Shown: positions 31,222-46,710 of the stretch, in pieces
Position numbering within the stretch: position 1 is the first letter of the stretch
Layout of the letters: each line of letters starts with the position of its first letter
Origin: the human T2T-CHM13v2.0 reference genome, Homo sapiens
Assembly (NCBI RefSeq): GCF_009914755.1
Contig: NC_060930.1
Strand: one strand, 5' to 3'
DNA: 64,000 bases
The notes under the pieces: generated by a model
Databases searched by the model: none
The model's input: the letters and a program-made list of their open reading frames with translations, nothing else
What the model was told of the DNA's origin: nothing
Translations under genes and position numbers: made by a program

Positions 31222-32853
31222 AGGGATGGTTGCTTGAGCCCAGGAGTTAAAGACCAGTCTGGGCAACATAGTAAGATCTCGTCCATGCAGAAAAATTAGT
31301 CAGGTAGAGTGATATGTGCCTATAGTCCTAGTGTGTCTGGAATTGGTGGGTTCTTGGTCTCACTGACTTCAAGAACGAAGCCGCGGACACTCGCGGTGAG
31401 TATTACAGGCCGCGTGCCTGGAGTTTGTTCCTTCTGATGTTCCAATGAATTGGGAGTTTCCTCCTTCTAGTCGGTGCATAGCCTGGCGGCTCAGGAGTGA
31501 AGCTGCAGACCTTCGCGGTGAGTATTACAGCTCTTAAGGCAGCACGTCTAGAGTTGTTCGTTTCTCCCGGTGGGTTCGTGGTCTCGCTGGCTTCAAGAGT
31601 GAAGCTGCAGACCTTCGCGGTGAGTTTTGTAGCTCACAAAGACAGTATGGACCCAAAGAGTGAGCAACAACAAGATTTAATGCAAACAGTGAAACAACAA
31701 ACTTCTACAGTGTGGAAGGGGTTGCCACTGCTGGCTCGGGCAGCCTGCTTTTATTCTGTTATCTGGCCCCACCCACATCCTGCTGATTGGTAGAGCCAAG
31801 TGGTCTGTTTTGACAGGGCGCTTTTTGGTGCGTTTGCAATCCCTGAGCTGGACACAAAGGTTCTCCACGTCCCCACCAGATTAGCTAGATACAGAGGGTT
31901 GACACAAAGGTTCTCCAAGGCCCCACCTGAGTAGCTAGATACAGAGTGTCGATTGGTGCATTCACAAACCCTGAGCTAGACACAGGGTGCTGATTGGTAT
32001 GTTTACAAACCTTGAGTTAGATACAGAGTGCCCATTGGTGTATTTACAATCCCTGAGCTAGACATAAAGGTTCTCCACGTCCCCACCAGACTCAGGGGCC
32101 CAGCTGGCTTCATCCAGTGGATCCCGCACCAGGGCTGCAGGTGGAGCTGCCTGCCAGTCCCGCGCCGTGCGCCCACACTCTTCAGCCCTTGGGTGGTTGA
32201 TGGGACTGGGCACCGTGGAGCAGGCGGCGGCGCTCATCGGGGAGGCTTGGGCCGCACAGGAGCCCACGGAGGGGGTGGGAGGCTCAGGCATGGTGGGCTG
32301 CAGGTCCCGAGGCCTGCGCCGCGGGAAGGCAGCTAAGGCCCGGCGAGAAATCGAGCGCAGCGCCGGTGGGCTAGCACTGCTGGGGGACCCAGTACACCTT
32401 CCGCAGCCGCTGGCCCGGGTGCTAAGCCCCTCATTGCCCGGGGCCGGCAGGTGCTCCGAGTGCGGGGCCCACCAAGCCCACGCCCAACCGGAACTCCAGC
32501 TGGCCCCCAAGCATCGCGCGCAGCCCCGGTTCCCTCTCGCGCTTCTCCCTCCACACCTACCCGCAAGCTGAGGGAGCCGGCTCCGGCCTTGGCCAGCCCA
32601 GAAAGGGGCTCCCACAGTGCAGCGGCGGGCTGAAGGGCTCCTCAAGTGCCGCCAAAGTGGGAGCCCAGGCAGAGGAGGCGCCGAGAGCGAGCGAGGGCTG
32701 TGAGGACTGCCAGCATGCTGTCACCTCTCACTAGCTACTTAGGAGGCTGAGGTGGGAGGATTGCTTGACCCAGGAGGAGGAGGCTGCAGTGAGCCATGAC
32801 CGTGCCACTGCCCTGCAGCCTGAGTGACAGAGCAAAACTCTGTCTCAAAAAAA
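31222..32853 (+). mobile_element. AluJ split by LTR12C (halves 31222-31331 and 32731-32853)
   Basis: gcctatagtcCTAG | CTAGctacttaggaggctgagg is continuous Alu sequence across the LTR. Confidence 0.88.
31332..32730 (-). mobile_element. LTR12C (ERV9) solo LTR
   Basis: - strand tgagaggtgacagc...accaattccagacaca. Tandem CCAAT-containing repeats ~31780-32080, CpG-rich U3, 4-bp TSD CTAG. Confidence 0.93.
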
Positions 32854-32859
32854 GTTTTA

Positions 32860-33487
<628 letters not shown>

Positions 33488-33950
33488 CAGAAGTTTTTAA
33501 AAAGTGGTCTATTTACAGCAGTTCTTTTACTCAGCACAGCATTTCCATATATCAAGAAAATACAAGAAAATACGAAAAAGGCACAAAATGAAACAAAACA
33601 AATACAAATACACACAGACAGTTTGAAGAGGAAGAACAAGCATCGGAACCAGACTCACATATAGTGGGGATGTTAGAATTCTCATACCAGAAATTTGAAA
33701 CAATGATGATTAAGTTGATTAAGATGCTGAAGTCTCTGATGGGTAAAGTAGACACCAAACAAGAATAGATAGGTAATGTAAGCACAGAGATATAAATTAT
33801 AAGAACCAGAAAGAAATGCTAGAGATCAAAAGCACTGCAACAGAAATGAAAATGATTTTGATGGCCTTATTGGTAGACTAGACATGGCGGAAAAAAAGAA
33901 TCTCTGATCTTGCTGTTTATCCCAATAGAAAGCATCAAAATTGAAAAGCA

Positions 33951-34310
<360 letters not shown>

Positions 34311-34534
34311 CTACAAAAAGTATAACATATGTATAATAGGAATACCAAAAAAAGAAGAAAGACACCGAGAGAGACAAAGACAGGGGGTGGGGAAGGAAGG
34401 AATAAAGAAAGAGTAAAAATATTTGAAACAGTAATGACTGAGAATTCTCCCAAATTAATGTCAGATATCAAACCACAGATCAAAGTGGCTTAGAGAACAC
34501 TGAGCAAAATAAATGCCCAAAAAACTACACCTAG

Positions 34535-34912
34535 TGGCTTGGTCAATTTGAGTCACTATAACAAATTCTCATGGACAAGGTGCCTTATTAACAAAAGAAA
34601 TTTATTTCTTATACCTCTGGGTTCTGAAAGTCTGAGATCAGGGTGACAACATATTTGGATTTGGGTGAGGGCCCTCTTCTGGGTTGCAGACTGCCAAACT
34701 CTTGTATCTTCACATAGTGGAGAGCAGAGAAAGGAAATAAGCTCTCTCATGACTCTTATAAGGGCACTAATCCTATTAATGAGGGCCCCACCCACATGGC
34801 CTCATCTAATCCTAGTTACTTCCTAAAGGCCTCATCTCCTAATAATATCACATTGAGGGGTAGGGTTTCAACTTATAAATTTTGGGGAGACACAAACATT
34901 TAGTCCAGAACA
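34535..34912 (-). mobile_element. MLT1A-type MaLR LTR
   Basis: agaaatttatttctt...ggtgagggccctctt...taagggcactaatcc...aaacatttagtcca. Confidence 0.8.
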
Positions 34913-35294
34913 CCTAGGGATAACATTTTTAAGCTACAGAAAATCGAAATTAAAGAAAAATCCTGGAAGAAGTCATACAGGGGAAAAAACAGCTTATATA
35001 TAGAGGAGTAAAGATAAGATTTACATCTGACTTCTCAGAAACCATGCAAACAAGAAGAGAGTGGAGTGAAATATTTAAATGTTTAGAGATTAAAAACCAC
35101 CTATTAGAATTCTATACTCTGGAAAAATCATCCTTCAAAAGTTGAGGAAAAATAAAGACTTTCTCAGAGAAACAAAAGTTTAAGGAATTTGTTGCCAGTA
35201 GACTTGTCTTGCATGAAATGTTAATATAACTTCTTTAGGGAGAAGGACAATAACAGAAGTTAAACCTTGGAAATATATATACATAAAGAACATG

Positions 35295-35639
<345 letters not shown>

Positions 35640-35839
35640 TTATTGTTAGTTGATGTACTACAGCCAATTTTTAATTGACCTAAAAGTTTGCTCAAAATAA
35701 TAACAATAATGTATTTACTCAATGATATATATATTCAATTACATATACACACACTGTTATGTATTCTTCTGTATGTGCAAAATGAGTGACAGCAATGAAC
35801 CAAGGAACAGAAAGAAAAAATTAGAATTATTTTGTTATT

Positions 35840-36135
35840 GGCCAGGTGCTGTGGCTCATGCCTGTAATCCCAGCACTTTGGGAGGCCGAGGCAGGCAGAC
35901 CACCTGAGGTCAGGAGTTCGAGACCAGCCTGGCCAACATGGCAAAACCCCATCTCTACTAAAAGTACAAAAATTAGCCGGGCATGTTGGCGGGTGCCTGT
36001 AATCCCAGCTACTTAGGAGGCTGAGGTAGGAGAAGCCTGAACACGGGAGGTGGAGGTTGCAGTGAGCCAAGATCGCACCACCGCACTCCAACCTGGGCAA
36101 CAAGAGTGAGACTCCATCTCAAAAAAAAAAAAAAA
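35840..36135 (+). mobile_element. AluS
   Basis: Full dimer. Confidence 0.95.
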
Positions 36136-39100
36136 GATTTTTTTTATTATAAGGTACTTGCCATACTACCCATGAAGCTTTATAGTGTTATTTGAGAGTG
36201 GACTCAGATTAGTTGTAAATATATATTGCAAACTCTAGATTAACCACTTAGAAAAAAGAAGTATAACTAATATGCTAATAAAAAAGAAAAATAAAATCAT
36301 ATAAAGGGTTCAATTAAAACAAAAAAAGTCAGAAAAAAGTGGTAGACAAAAATAAGAACAAGAACAAAGGCAACAAATAGAAAACAGTTAAGCGTAGTAG
36401 ATATTAATCCAACTATATCAATAATACTTTCAACATCAGCGGTCTAAATGCACCATTTTAAGGCAGAGATTGTGAAGAAATAATATATGTTGTCTACAAG
36501 AAACTCACTTTAAAGATAAAGACACATATAGATTAAAAGTAAATCAATAAAGTTATACCATACTAACACTAATCAAAAGAAAGCAGAAGTAGCTACATTA
36601 ATTTCAGACAGAGCAGACTTCAAAGCAAGGAGAGCTATCAGGGATAAAAAAGGGAATTATGTAATGAGAAAAGGGTTCTCTAAGAAGACATAATCCTTAA
36701 TATGTATGCACCTAAAAACAGACTTTCAAAATACATGAGGCAAAAACTGATAGAACTTCAAGAAGGAAGAGATGCATCTACTATCACAGAAATCTCAAAA
36801 ATTCTTTATCAGAAATGGGCAGATCCAGGAAGCAGAAAATCAGTAAGGATATAGTTGAAATCAACAACATCATCAATCAACTAGATATAATGGCCATCTA
36901 TAGACTTCATCCAAGAACAGCAGAATACTCTTTCTTCTCAAACTCACATGGAACATTAATCAATATAGACCATGTTCTGGGCTGTAAAACATAACTTAAC
37001 AAATTTAAAAGAATAGAAATCATACAATGACTTATCTCAGATGACATTAGAGTTAACTAGAAATCAATAACAGAAAGATCATTGGAAAATCTCCCACATA
37101 CTTGGAGATTAAGCAATACACTTCTAAATAATACATGGGTCAAAGAAGAAATGCCAAGAGCAATTAAAAGATACTTCGAACTACATGAAAATGAAAACAC
37201 AACTTATCAAAATTTATAGAATGCTGTGAAAGCAGTGCTTAGGGGGAATTTATGGCAATGAATATATACATATTAGAAATAGCATAAAAATACCTAGGAA
37301 TAAATTTAACCAAGGAAGTGAAAGACCTGTATGCTGAATACTGCAAGACATTGCTTAAAGAAATTAAAGAAGACCTAAATAATTGGAAAGACATCCCATG
37401 TTCATGGGTTGGAAGACTAACTACTGATAAGATGATAATACAATTTGATATACAGATTCAATGTATTCCTTATAAAAATTTCAACATTTGTTTGCAGAAA
37501 TAGAAAATCCCATCCTAAAATCCATATGGAAAATCAAATTACCCTGAATAACCAATGAAAACCTTGGAGAAAAGAATAAAGTTTAAAGACACATACTTCA
37601 TAATTTCAAAACTTTACACAAGCCTACAGTAACCTAAAGAGTGTGGTGCTGGAATAAGAATAGGTATATAGACCAATAAAATAGAAAAGAGAGCCCAGAA
37701 ATAAACCTCACATATACGGTTGATTGATTGATTTTCAACAAGTGCCAAGACCATTCAATGGGAAATGGACAGTATTTTCAACAAATGGTGCTGGGAAAAC
37801 TGGATATCCAAATGCAAAATAATAAAGTTGTAGTATTTACACCATCTACAAAAATTAACCCAAAATGGATCAAGGACCTAAATTTAAGAAGCAAAACTAT
37901 AAAACTCTTAGCAGAAAACATAAAAATCTTTATTAGACAATGTAATTTTCAAGTATTGCACAGGTGATAAAAATAAATAAATGGAGCTTCATCAAAATTA
38001 AAAAGTTTTATGCATCAAAGGACACTATCAAAAGAGAGAAAAACTTCACAGACTGGGAGAAAATATTTGCAAATCATATCTGAAGAATATCTGGAATATA
38101 CAAAAACGCATGCAACACAACAAAACCTAATTCAAAAATAGGCAAAGGATTTGAACAGACATTTCTCCAAAGAAGACAGACAAATAAGCACATGACAAGA
38201 TGCTCAACATCACTAGCCATTAGGGAAATGCAAATTAAAGCCACAATGAGATAAAGCTTATACCCATTAGGATGGCTATAATACAACAACTACAACAAAA
38301 CAGAAGTTAACAAGTGTTAGCAAAGATGTGGAGAACTAGAACCCTCCTGCACTGCTGATGGGAATGTAAAACGATGCAGCCATTATGGAAAACAGTTTGA
38401 TGGTTCCTCAAGAAAGCTGATTGCAGAGTTACCATATGATATAGCAATTCAATGCCTAGGTGTATACCCAAAGAATTGAAAACAGTGACTCAGATACTTG
38501 TACACCAATGTTCACAGCAGCATTATTCACAATGGCCAAAAGGCAGGAACCACCCAAGTGTTCAACAAGAGATTAATGGATAAACAAAATATTATGTATG
38601 TATATTTATACACTGTTTATGTATAAACACACACATATACACGAAGGAATATTATTTAGCCATTAAAAGGCATGAAGGATACATGCTGCAGTATGAATGA
38701 ACCTTGAAAACTTTATGCTAATTAAAAATAATCCAGACATAAATAGACAAATATTGTATTATTTTACTTATATGGCATATCTAGAATAGGCAAATTCATA
38801 GAAACATAGTGTAAAATAAAGGTTACCAGGGACTGTGGGGAGCAGGGAATAGAGACTGCTCAATGGGCATCTTTAGGGATGACGAAAATGTTCTAGAATT
38901 AGATAGTGACGGTGCTGTTGTGAATACGCTAAAAACTTTACTGTATGACTTTAAAATGGTAACTTTAATGTTGTGCATAGTTTACCACAGTTTGAAAGTG
39001 TTTTTAATTTTTAAAAATAGGAAATGATAAAATTAGACTTTATCTAATTCTTTCCAGCTTTATAATTTGGATCCTGCTCCTTTGTACTTCATGGCTCATG

Positions 39101-39699
39101 CTTTATACTTACTTGATGTTTCTATGGTACTTGTGCACAGCTGTCATGTATCAGACCTGCAGTTTTGCCCATGCTTTCCACTCTTCTAGTTCCTCAACTA
39201 TTTGTAAGGTTGCCCTCCTTTATGTTTTCCATTAAATCTTCCATTAGTCAAACCACTCCAGTGTCCCTCGTTCCATAAGTTTCCCCTGCTCTGAACTCCC
39301 AGGGCACATTGTGCAACTTCATTACCTTATATTAAAATTATCTGGAATTTTAAAAAATCTACTAGATTAGGGTAGTGTCCTGATTTTATTCATTTTTTTC
39401 TTTTGGTGAAATTTGAGACATGTCTTGCATTTAACAGTATTTAAGCAACTAGATTGTGCAACGGAGCCAGTTTCTCCAGACAGGCTGGAGAGACCACTTG
39501 CATCAGAATCATCTGGGGTCCCCCTTGAAAATGCAATGTTCCAGGCCAACGAGTCAATCTCGGAGTGTAAATCTTGTGAAGCTGTATTTTAACAAGCTCA
39601 CTTGGTGATTTATTTGTGTACGCTATTTAAAACTCTGTGAACCACCGGTCTAGGCTATACTTTGCAGTGTATTAAGGTGGTCTTCGGCACCTCTCGCAG

Positions 39700-40480
39700 A
39701 CCCCCTTCCTCTTGCCTCTAGCGCCAACCTCTTAGCCTCTCGCATACCAGGGGAGGGGCTTTGCAAAACCTTCCACGAAAGTGAATCCCAGCACAGCCCT
39801 GCTGTAGCTGGCTCTCAGGCGCAAGCGCAGAGCTGCGACCGCTGCTGATACGTCGCTCAGTCTCAGTGTGGTCTCTGTTTTGCAACTGGTCGTCCGCGTC
39901 AGGAGACTTAGGTCCAGGCGACTGCCCAGACAATGACTGGTCCCGCATACCGAGCAGAGCATGATCAGCAGCAGTCTGAGTGGAAGAGTGCCTGTGATCT
40001 TAGGGAACCTGATGGGCGTTGGAGCAGCGGTTCGACGCATGGGTTTCTCTTTAATCCTTCCGACTTCCCCAAGCCCAGCGCACTCAGGTTCCGCTCCAAG
40101 TGCGGGACCCGCCCGGGGTGTGTCGGGGGTACTCGGCCGGAGGCGGCCGGTGAGTGAGGCTTACAGGGCCCCGGGACCAAGGTGGGTGCTCTTGGAGGTT
40201 CTGGAAAGCGGAAACACGGGTTCTTCGAGGGAAACGGGCGAAAGGGTCGCGGGTGGTTTGGCTGCAGGTCGGGTCAGGAGGCACCTCCACGGTTGGGACG
40301 CCGCGTGGCGTGGGGTCATGAAGCCCCCAGCGCTCGTCTCACTGGCGGGCCAGCCTAGTCCCTCTGCGGCAGTGACAGCCAGTGGTTTTCCCCGGGTGTA
40401 TCCCTGGGAGATGAAAAAGAGCAGGGTTGCTCCCTGCTTCCCCTCTAGCTGGGCGAGGGAGGTCTTCGGTACTGGGGTGT
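39700..40480 (+). promoter_or_regulatory. ZNF391: CpG island and main ZNF391 promoter
   Basis: CpG-rich unique sequence, NRF1-like GCGCAAGCGCA at 39819-39829, strong + strand donor CCG|GTGAGT at 40149/40150. Confidence 0.8.
39860..40149 (+). other. ZNF391: ZNF391 predicted 5'UTR exon 1 (start approximate)
   Basis: Lies between the promoter motifs and the GTGAGT donor. Contains upstream ATGs. Confidence 0.6.
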
Positions 40481-40635
40481 TTCCCAGGTGCTTACTGAGT
40501 GCAGGCACTGCTCCAAGAGTTTTTACCTGCATTAACTCATTTAATCCTTGCATCAACCCTATGAAGTAATGTACTATTATTATGCCCATGTTACAGATAA
40601 GGAAATTGAGGCACACAGAGATGAAGTACTTGCTC

Positions 40636-40944
<309 letters not shown>

Positions 40945-42331
40945 TTACAGAGGCTAGTGAGTGCCAGTCCTTAGTTTATGTTTCTGATGATGAAGGTTGG
41001 TACTTGAATAAAGTAGTTGTTAATTATTTGTTGTAGGTGTATTGACAGTTACTGTGGATCATTGTGTTTGAGTTTGTGCTTTATGTGTGAGTTTGTGCTT
41101 TGAGCCAATATCTGGGAACATTGTTACCTGAAGATCACCTTTGGTAGGACAAGATTTTCTCTATTCTGTGATTAAACTGAGGCTGCCCAGGCAGTTCTGC
41201 TGATTGCTTTGTGGATTGGCAAAGGCTCCAGGAAGCAATCAACCTAGTGCCACAAAACAAAGCACCCAGAGAAGCCCTATTCCTGACCCTTCAAAACCTT
41301 CTTCCTTCTGAAGGGGGTAGAAAATAAAGGAGAATTATCCCTGGATCAGGAATTGATTATAGGAGAGACAAGCAATGTCAAAAGAATTTTAGATAATTAG
41401 GGTAACTGTGGTGGCCAGCGCTGTTAGTGCTAAAAAGTTTGAGTCACATAAAGGAATAGCAAACCACCAGGTTGGCTAGGGCTGCAGCATGTTGTGACCA
41501 CTTAAGAGAATAATGATTTTGTAGGGATACAGTATCCAGAGAGCAGTAAGGTGACTCAAATAATGAAAGTATGAGGAAGAAAGGAGAAAAGGAGAGGCAA
41601 CTTTCCACATTATGGTGGAGGAATCCCTTGGATGGACTCTGGATAAAGGTATAGCCCTAACCTCCTAGCATCTCTGAAATATGTTTTGGGGGCTATCCCT
41701 GAAACTTTTGTCACATCCGCTAGACTTCCTTTTCCCATCTTATATACATCCTCCAAAGCCAGGAAAAAGAATGCATCTCTCCATGCTCTAGAGCAGCAGC
41801 TGCTGAAGGGAGCCTCATAAATCCTCTGACAGCATCTTTCCTTAAACATACACCATCACAGTTTTCAAATTCATTGATGTGAGATGAGCACAGCAATAGC
41901 ATCATCTCCCTTATACTATATATGATATTCTTTATTGTAAATGTTTTGCCATAGTTTAACTTGCAGTATTGATGAAAGTTTTGTAAGAAAAGACAAGCAC
42001 ATGCTAGTAATGGTGTTTTATAATGTGGGACGAGATTTTTCAGAAAAGTGACTTGACCAAGGAAGTGCAGCTGTAAGCAGTGTCATCTGTCTTCTATTTT
42101 GACCCTCAGGAAGAAGTAAGGGGACTAGTGCCATAGTGTCTTTGAACTCATACCCCATATGAAGAGAACGTCAAAGAGGCTGGATCACCTAAAGGGTTTA
42201 GAGCAAGTTTGGAATTGGCTCAGATCTGTCTTTTATCATAAAAGATGAACTTGAAACCCAGACATAAGTGTCCATTGTCATTTTCTTTATATCTGAGAGG
42301 AGATGGGATTACTTTGGGGCATTCATTGTAC

Positions 42332-42603
42332 TTTTTTTTTTTTTTTTTTTTTTTTGAGACAGAGTTTCGCTCTTGTCGCTCAGGCTGGAGTGCAATGGTA
42401 CTATCTTGGCTCACTGCAACCTCCGCCTGCTGGGTTCAAGCGATTCTCCTGCCTCAGCCTCCTGAAGTAGCTGGGATTACAGGTGTCCACCACCACGCCC
42501 AGCTAATTTTTTTGTATTTTTAGTTGAGACAGGGTTTCCCCATGTTGGCCAGGCTGGTCTTGAAATCCTGACCTCAGGTGATCCACCTGTCTTGGCCTCC
42601 CAA
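42332..42603 (-). mobile_element. AluS
   Basis: Antisense, slightly 5'-truncated. Confidence 0.93.
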
Positions 42604-43155
42604 TCATTACTTCTTAATCCTTAGGGTTGCATTCAACAGGCTAGATGTGGACATTACTAGACAGAGGTTCTGGATGCCTTGGACCTTTGCCCATTTCTGC
42701 CTTTCATTAAAAATAAAACCAAGAGGAGGCAGAAGATGGAAAGGCAACTGTCTACCTCTCCATAAGATCCATATTCCACATGAGTTAAGTATTCTTCCCT
42801 CTTTTCTGAACGTGTGTTTCATCATACCAACCAGAGACACATTTATTTCTCTTTTAAAGGAACTTCCGTTCTTAGATGAGTCTGCCAAATTTTGCCAAGG
42901 GGACTATTCTTCATTTGCCTGTTGACTGTCCTAAATATCTTCAACACTCCCTCACTCTAATTCATCATTAGATGATTAATGAACACAGGCTTTTTTTTGG
43001 CCTATTTCTTGAATGGTTTCATCTGAAACACGGACCTTGAGATCTTACATGTCTCCGAGGATTTGAAAAAGAGTAGATTCATTCTAGTTCTCTCCCCTTA
43101 GTCTAAGCAGATGGCTATGTGCCTCAAAGTTTGGGATCTAAAGTTAAACTACTAG

Positions 43156-43667
<512 letters not shown>

Positions 43668-44313
43668 AAGCCAGAGACTTTACTCCATCGGTTACATAGA
43701 TAGGGCTGTTAGTGTGGCTGAGATTTACTGCAGCCTTTCAGGGACTGGGTCTGGGAGGCAGTCACTCTCTATACCCCTACAGCACTCTGAAGTCAAGATC
43801 ATGCTGATAACCTTCTGACATCAGTGGAGTTTAGTTTCTTGGCCATTTACAGGCCGCTAAACAGAAAGTGTGATTCAGGCATTCTTTCCCTGTCTGTTGA
43901 GAAGCAACACATACTGTATAGTATAATGAGTTTGAATCTAGGATTTATTACTTGGCCTTGTGCCAAATTACTTAACTTCTCTGTACTTCACACTATTTTT
44001 TTGTATTGCAGGAATAATAATAATTCCCCTCAGAGTTACTGTGAAAAATAAATGAGTCAATATTCATACAATTCTTAGAATAGGCAGGCCCAAAGAAAGA
44101 CCATTTCTGGAGACTGTACTTCCAAGTTAGATTCCTTTCACAAGTTCTTTTTTCATTTTTTCTAGGTAGAAAGTTTCCCTAGTGGAGTTTGTATGTGTCT
44201 ATCATATGTGTCACATGCACAAACACATCTAATGCATAATACAGTTGTATATATAATGAGCTTATTTGAAATGAAAAAACAACTACATTTTGAGACTCTT
44301 GCACTGTACAGTA

Positions 44314-46710
44314 TGATATGGCTTGAATATGTGTCTCCACCAAATCTCAAGTTGTATTATAACCCTGACGATGAGGTGATTGGATCTTACAGGTTGATAC
44401 CTCAGAGCTTGGTGCTGTTCTTGTGATAATGCATAAGTTCTCATGAGATCTGGTTGTGTAAAAGTGTGTGGTACCTCTCCACCTCTTCTCCTGCTTTTGC
44501 CATGTGATGTGCCTAATCCCCCTTTGCCTTCCACCATGAGTAAAAGCTCCCTGAGGCCTCCCCAGAAGCTGAGCAGATGCCATCACCATGGTTGTACAGC
44601 CTGAAGAACTGTGAGCCAGTTAAACCTATTTTCTTTATAAATTACCCAGCCTCAAGTATTTCTTTATAGCAATGCAAGAATGGCCTAATACAGCAAATTG
44701 GTACTGAGGAGCTGGCTTGGCTATAAAGATACTTAAAAATGTGAAAGGAACTTTGGAACTGGGTAACAGGCAGAGGGTGGAAGAGTTTGGAGGGCTCAGA
44801 AGATGGGAAGATGAGGGAAAGTTTAGAATTTCTTAGAGACTGGTTAAATGTTTGTGACAAAAATGCTGATAGTGATATGGACAGTGAAGTCCAGGCTGAC
44901 AAAGTCTCAGATGGCAATGAGGAACTTATTGGGAACTAAAGCAAAGGTCATGTGTGTTATGCCTTAGCAAAGAACTTGGTTGCCTTGTGCCCCTGCCCTA
45001 GGGATCTGTGGAAGTTTGCACTTCAGAGTGTCGATTTAGGGTATCTGGCAGAAGAAATTTTTAAGCAGCAAAGGAAGATGTAGCCTGGCTCTTTCTAACA
45101 GTCTATCTGTCCTCAGATGTAGAAGCAAAGAAATGATTTAAAGTTGGAAGTTATATTTAAAGGGGAAGCAGAGCATAAAAGTTTGGAAAATTTGCAGAGG
45201 AAAGAAAAAAAAAGCTTTTTCAGCAGAGAAATTCAAGCAGGCCATGGAGCAACCACTTGCTATAGAGAGTTGCATAACTAAAAATGAGCCAAGTGCTAAT
45301 AGTCAAGAAAATAGGAAAAAGGCCTCAAAGGCATTTCAGAAATCTAAGAGGCGATGCCTCCCATCATAGGCTGAGAGGCCCAGGAGGACTTAAGGATTTC
45401 AGAGCCAGATCCTGGGTCCCACTGCCCTGCACCACTCCAGGAGGCTGCTCCTAAATCCTAGTTGCTCAGGCTCCAGCCATGGTTCCAATGGGCCCAGGTA
45501 CAGCTCAGGCTGCTGCTGTGGAGGGTAGAAGCTGTAAGCCTTGGTGGCTTCCATGTGGTGTTAAGCCTGTGGATATGCACAGTGCAAGAGTGAAGGAGGC
45601 TTGGAAGCCTCTGCCTAGAGTTAAGAGGATGTATGAGAAGGCCTGGGTGTCCAGGCAGAAGCCTGCTGTAAGGGGCAGAAGCCCCTTTAGAGAACCTCTA
45701 CTAGGGCAGCCCAGAGGGGAAATGTGGAGTTGGAGGCCCCACACAGGGTCCCCACTGGGGCACTGCCTAGTGGAGCTGTAGGAAGGGGGCCACCATCCAG
45801 ACCCCAAAATGGCAGATCCACCAGCAGCTTAGAATCTGTGCTTGGAAAAGCCACAGGCATTCAACAACCTGGGAGAGCAGCATGGGGCTGAACTCTGCAA
45901 AGCCACAGAAGTGGAACTGCCCAAGGCCTTGGGAACCCACCCCTTGCACCATTGTGCCCTAGATGTGGGACATATAGGAGCTTATTTTGGAGCTTTAAGA
46001 TTTAATGACTGCCTTGCTGCATTTCAAGCTTGAATGGAGCCTATAGCCCCTTTCTTTTGGCTGATTTCTCCCTTTTACAATGGGAGTGTTTACCCAATGC
46101 CTGCACCTCCATTGTATCTTGGAAGTAAATAAATTGTGATTTACAGGTTCATAGGTGGAAGAAATTCATCTCCAGATGAGACTTTGGACTTGGACTTGGG
46201 ACTTTTGAGTTAATGCTAGAATGAGGTAAGACTTTAGGGGACTATTGAACAGTCCCCTAAAAATACTGATTGTATTTTGCAATGTGAGGACTTGAGACTT
46301 GGGGGCCAGGAGCAGAATGATATGGTTTGAGTATATGTCCCCATCAAATCTCATGTTGAATTGTAATCACCAATGTTGGAGGTGAAGCCTGATGGGAGGT
46401 GATTGGATCGTGGAGGTAGATCCCTCATGGCTTGGTGCTGTCCTTGCAATAATGAGTGAGTTCTCATGAGATCTGTTGTGTAAAAGCATGTCATCTCCCT
46501 CCCTGCCTTGCTCCTGCTTTCCCTATGTGATATGCCTGCTCCCCTTTCACCTTCCGTTGTGAGTAAAACCTCCCTGAAGGCTCACCAGAAGCTGAGAAGA
46601 TGCCAACACCATGCTTTTACAGCCTGCAGAACCGTGAGCGAATTAAACTTCTTTATAAATTACCCATCCTCAGGTATTTCTTTATAGTAATGCAAGAACA
46701 GCCTAATACA
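44314..46710 (+). mobile_element. Two-LTR MST (MaLR) provirus: LTR 44314-44692, internal 44693-46317, LTR 46318-46710
   Basis: Both LTRs read tgatatgg...cctaataca. MaLR internal start (aaattggtactgagg), polypurine tract before the 3' LTR, TSD CAGTA/TAGTA. Confidence 0.92.

Noticed and set aside
31780-32080. Regularly spaced repeats resembling a CRISPR array
   Set aside because: Normal tandem enhancer repeats of LTR12, with no unique spacers, in eukaryotic DNA.
32028-32645. Several overlapping 100-195 aa ORFs
   Set aside because: GC-rich LTR12C U3, stop-poor by composition.
40020-40045. GGTTCGA B-box-like sequence, possible tRNA gene
   Set aside because: No cloverleaf or properly placed A-box. 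No tRNA gene seen in the window.
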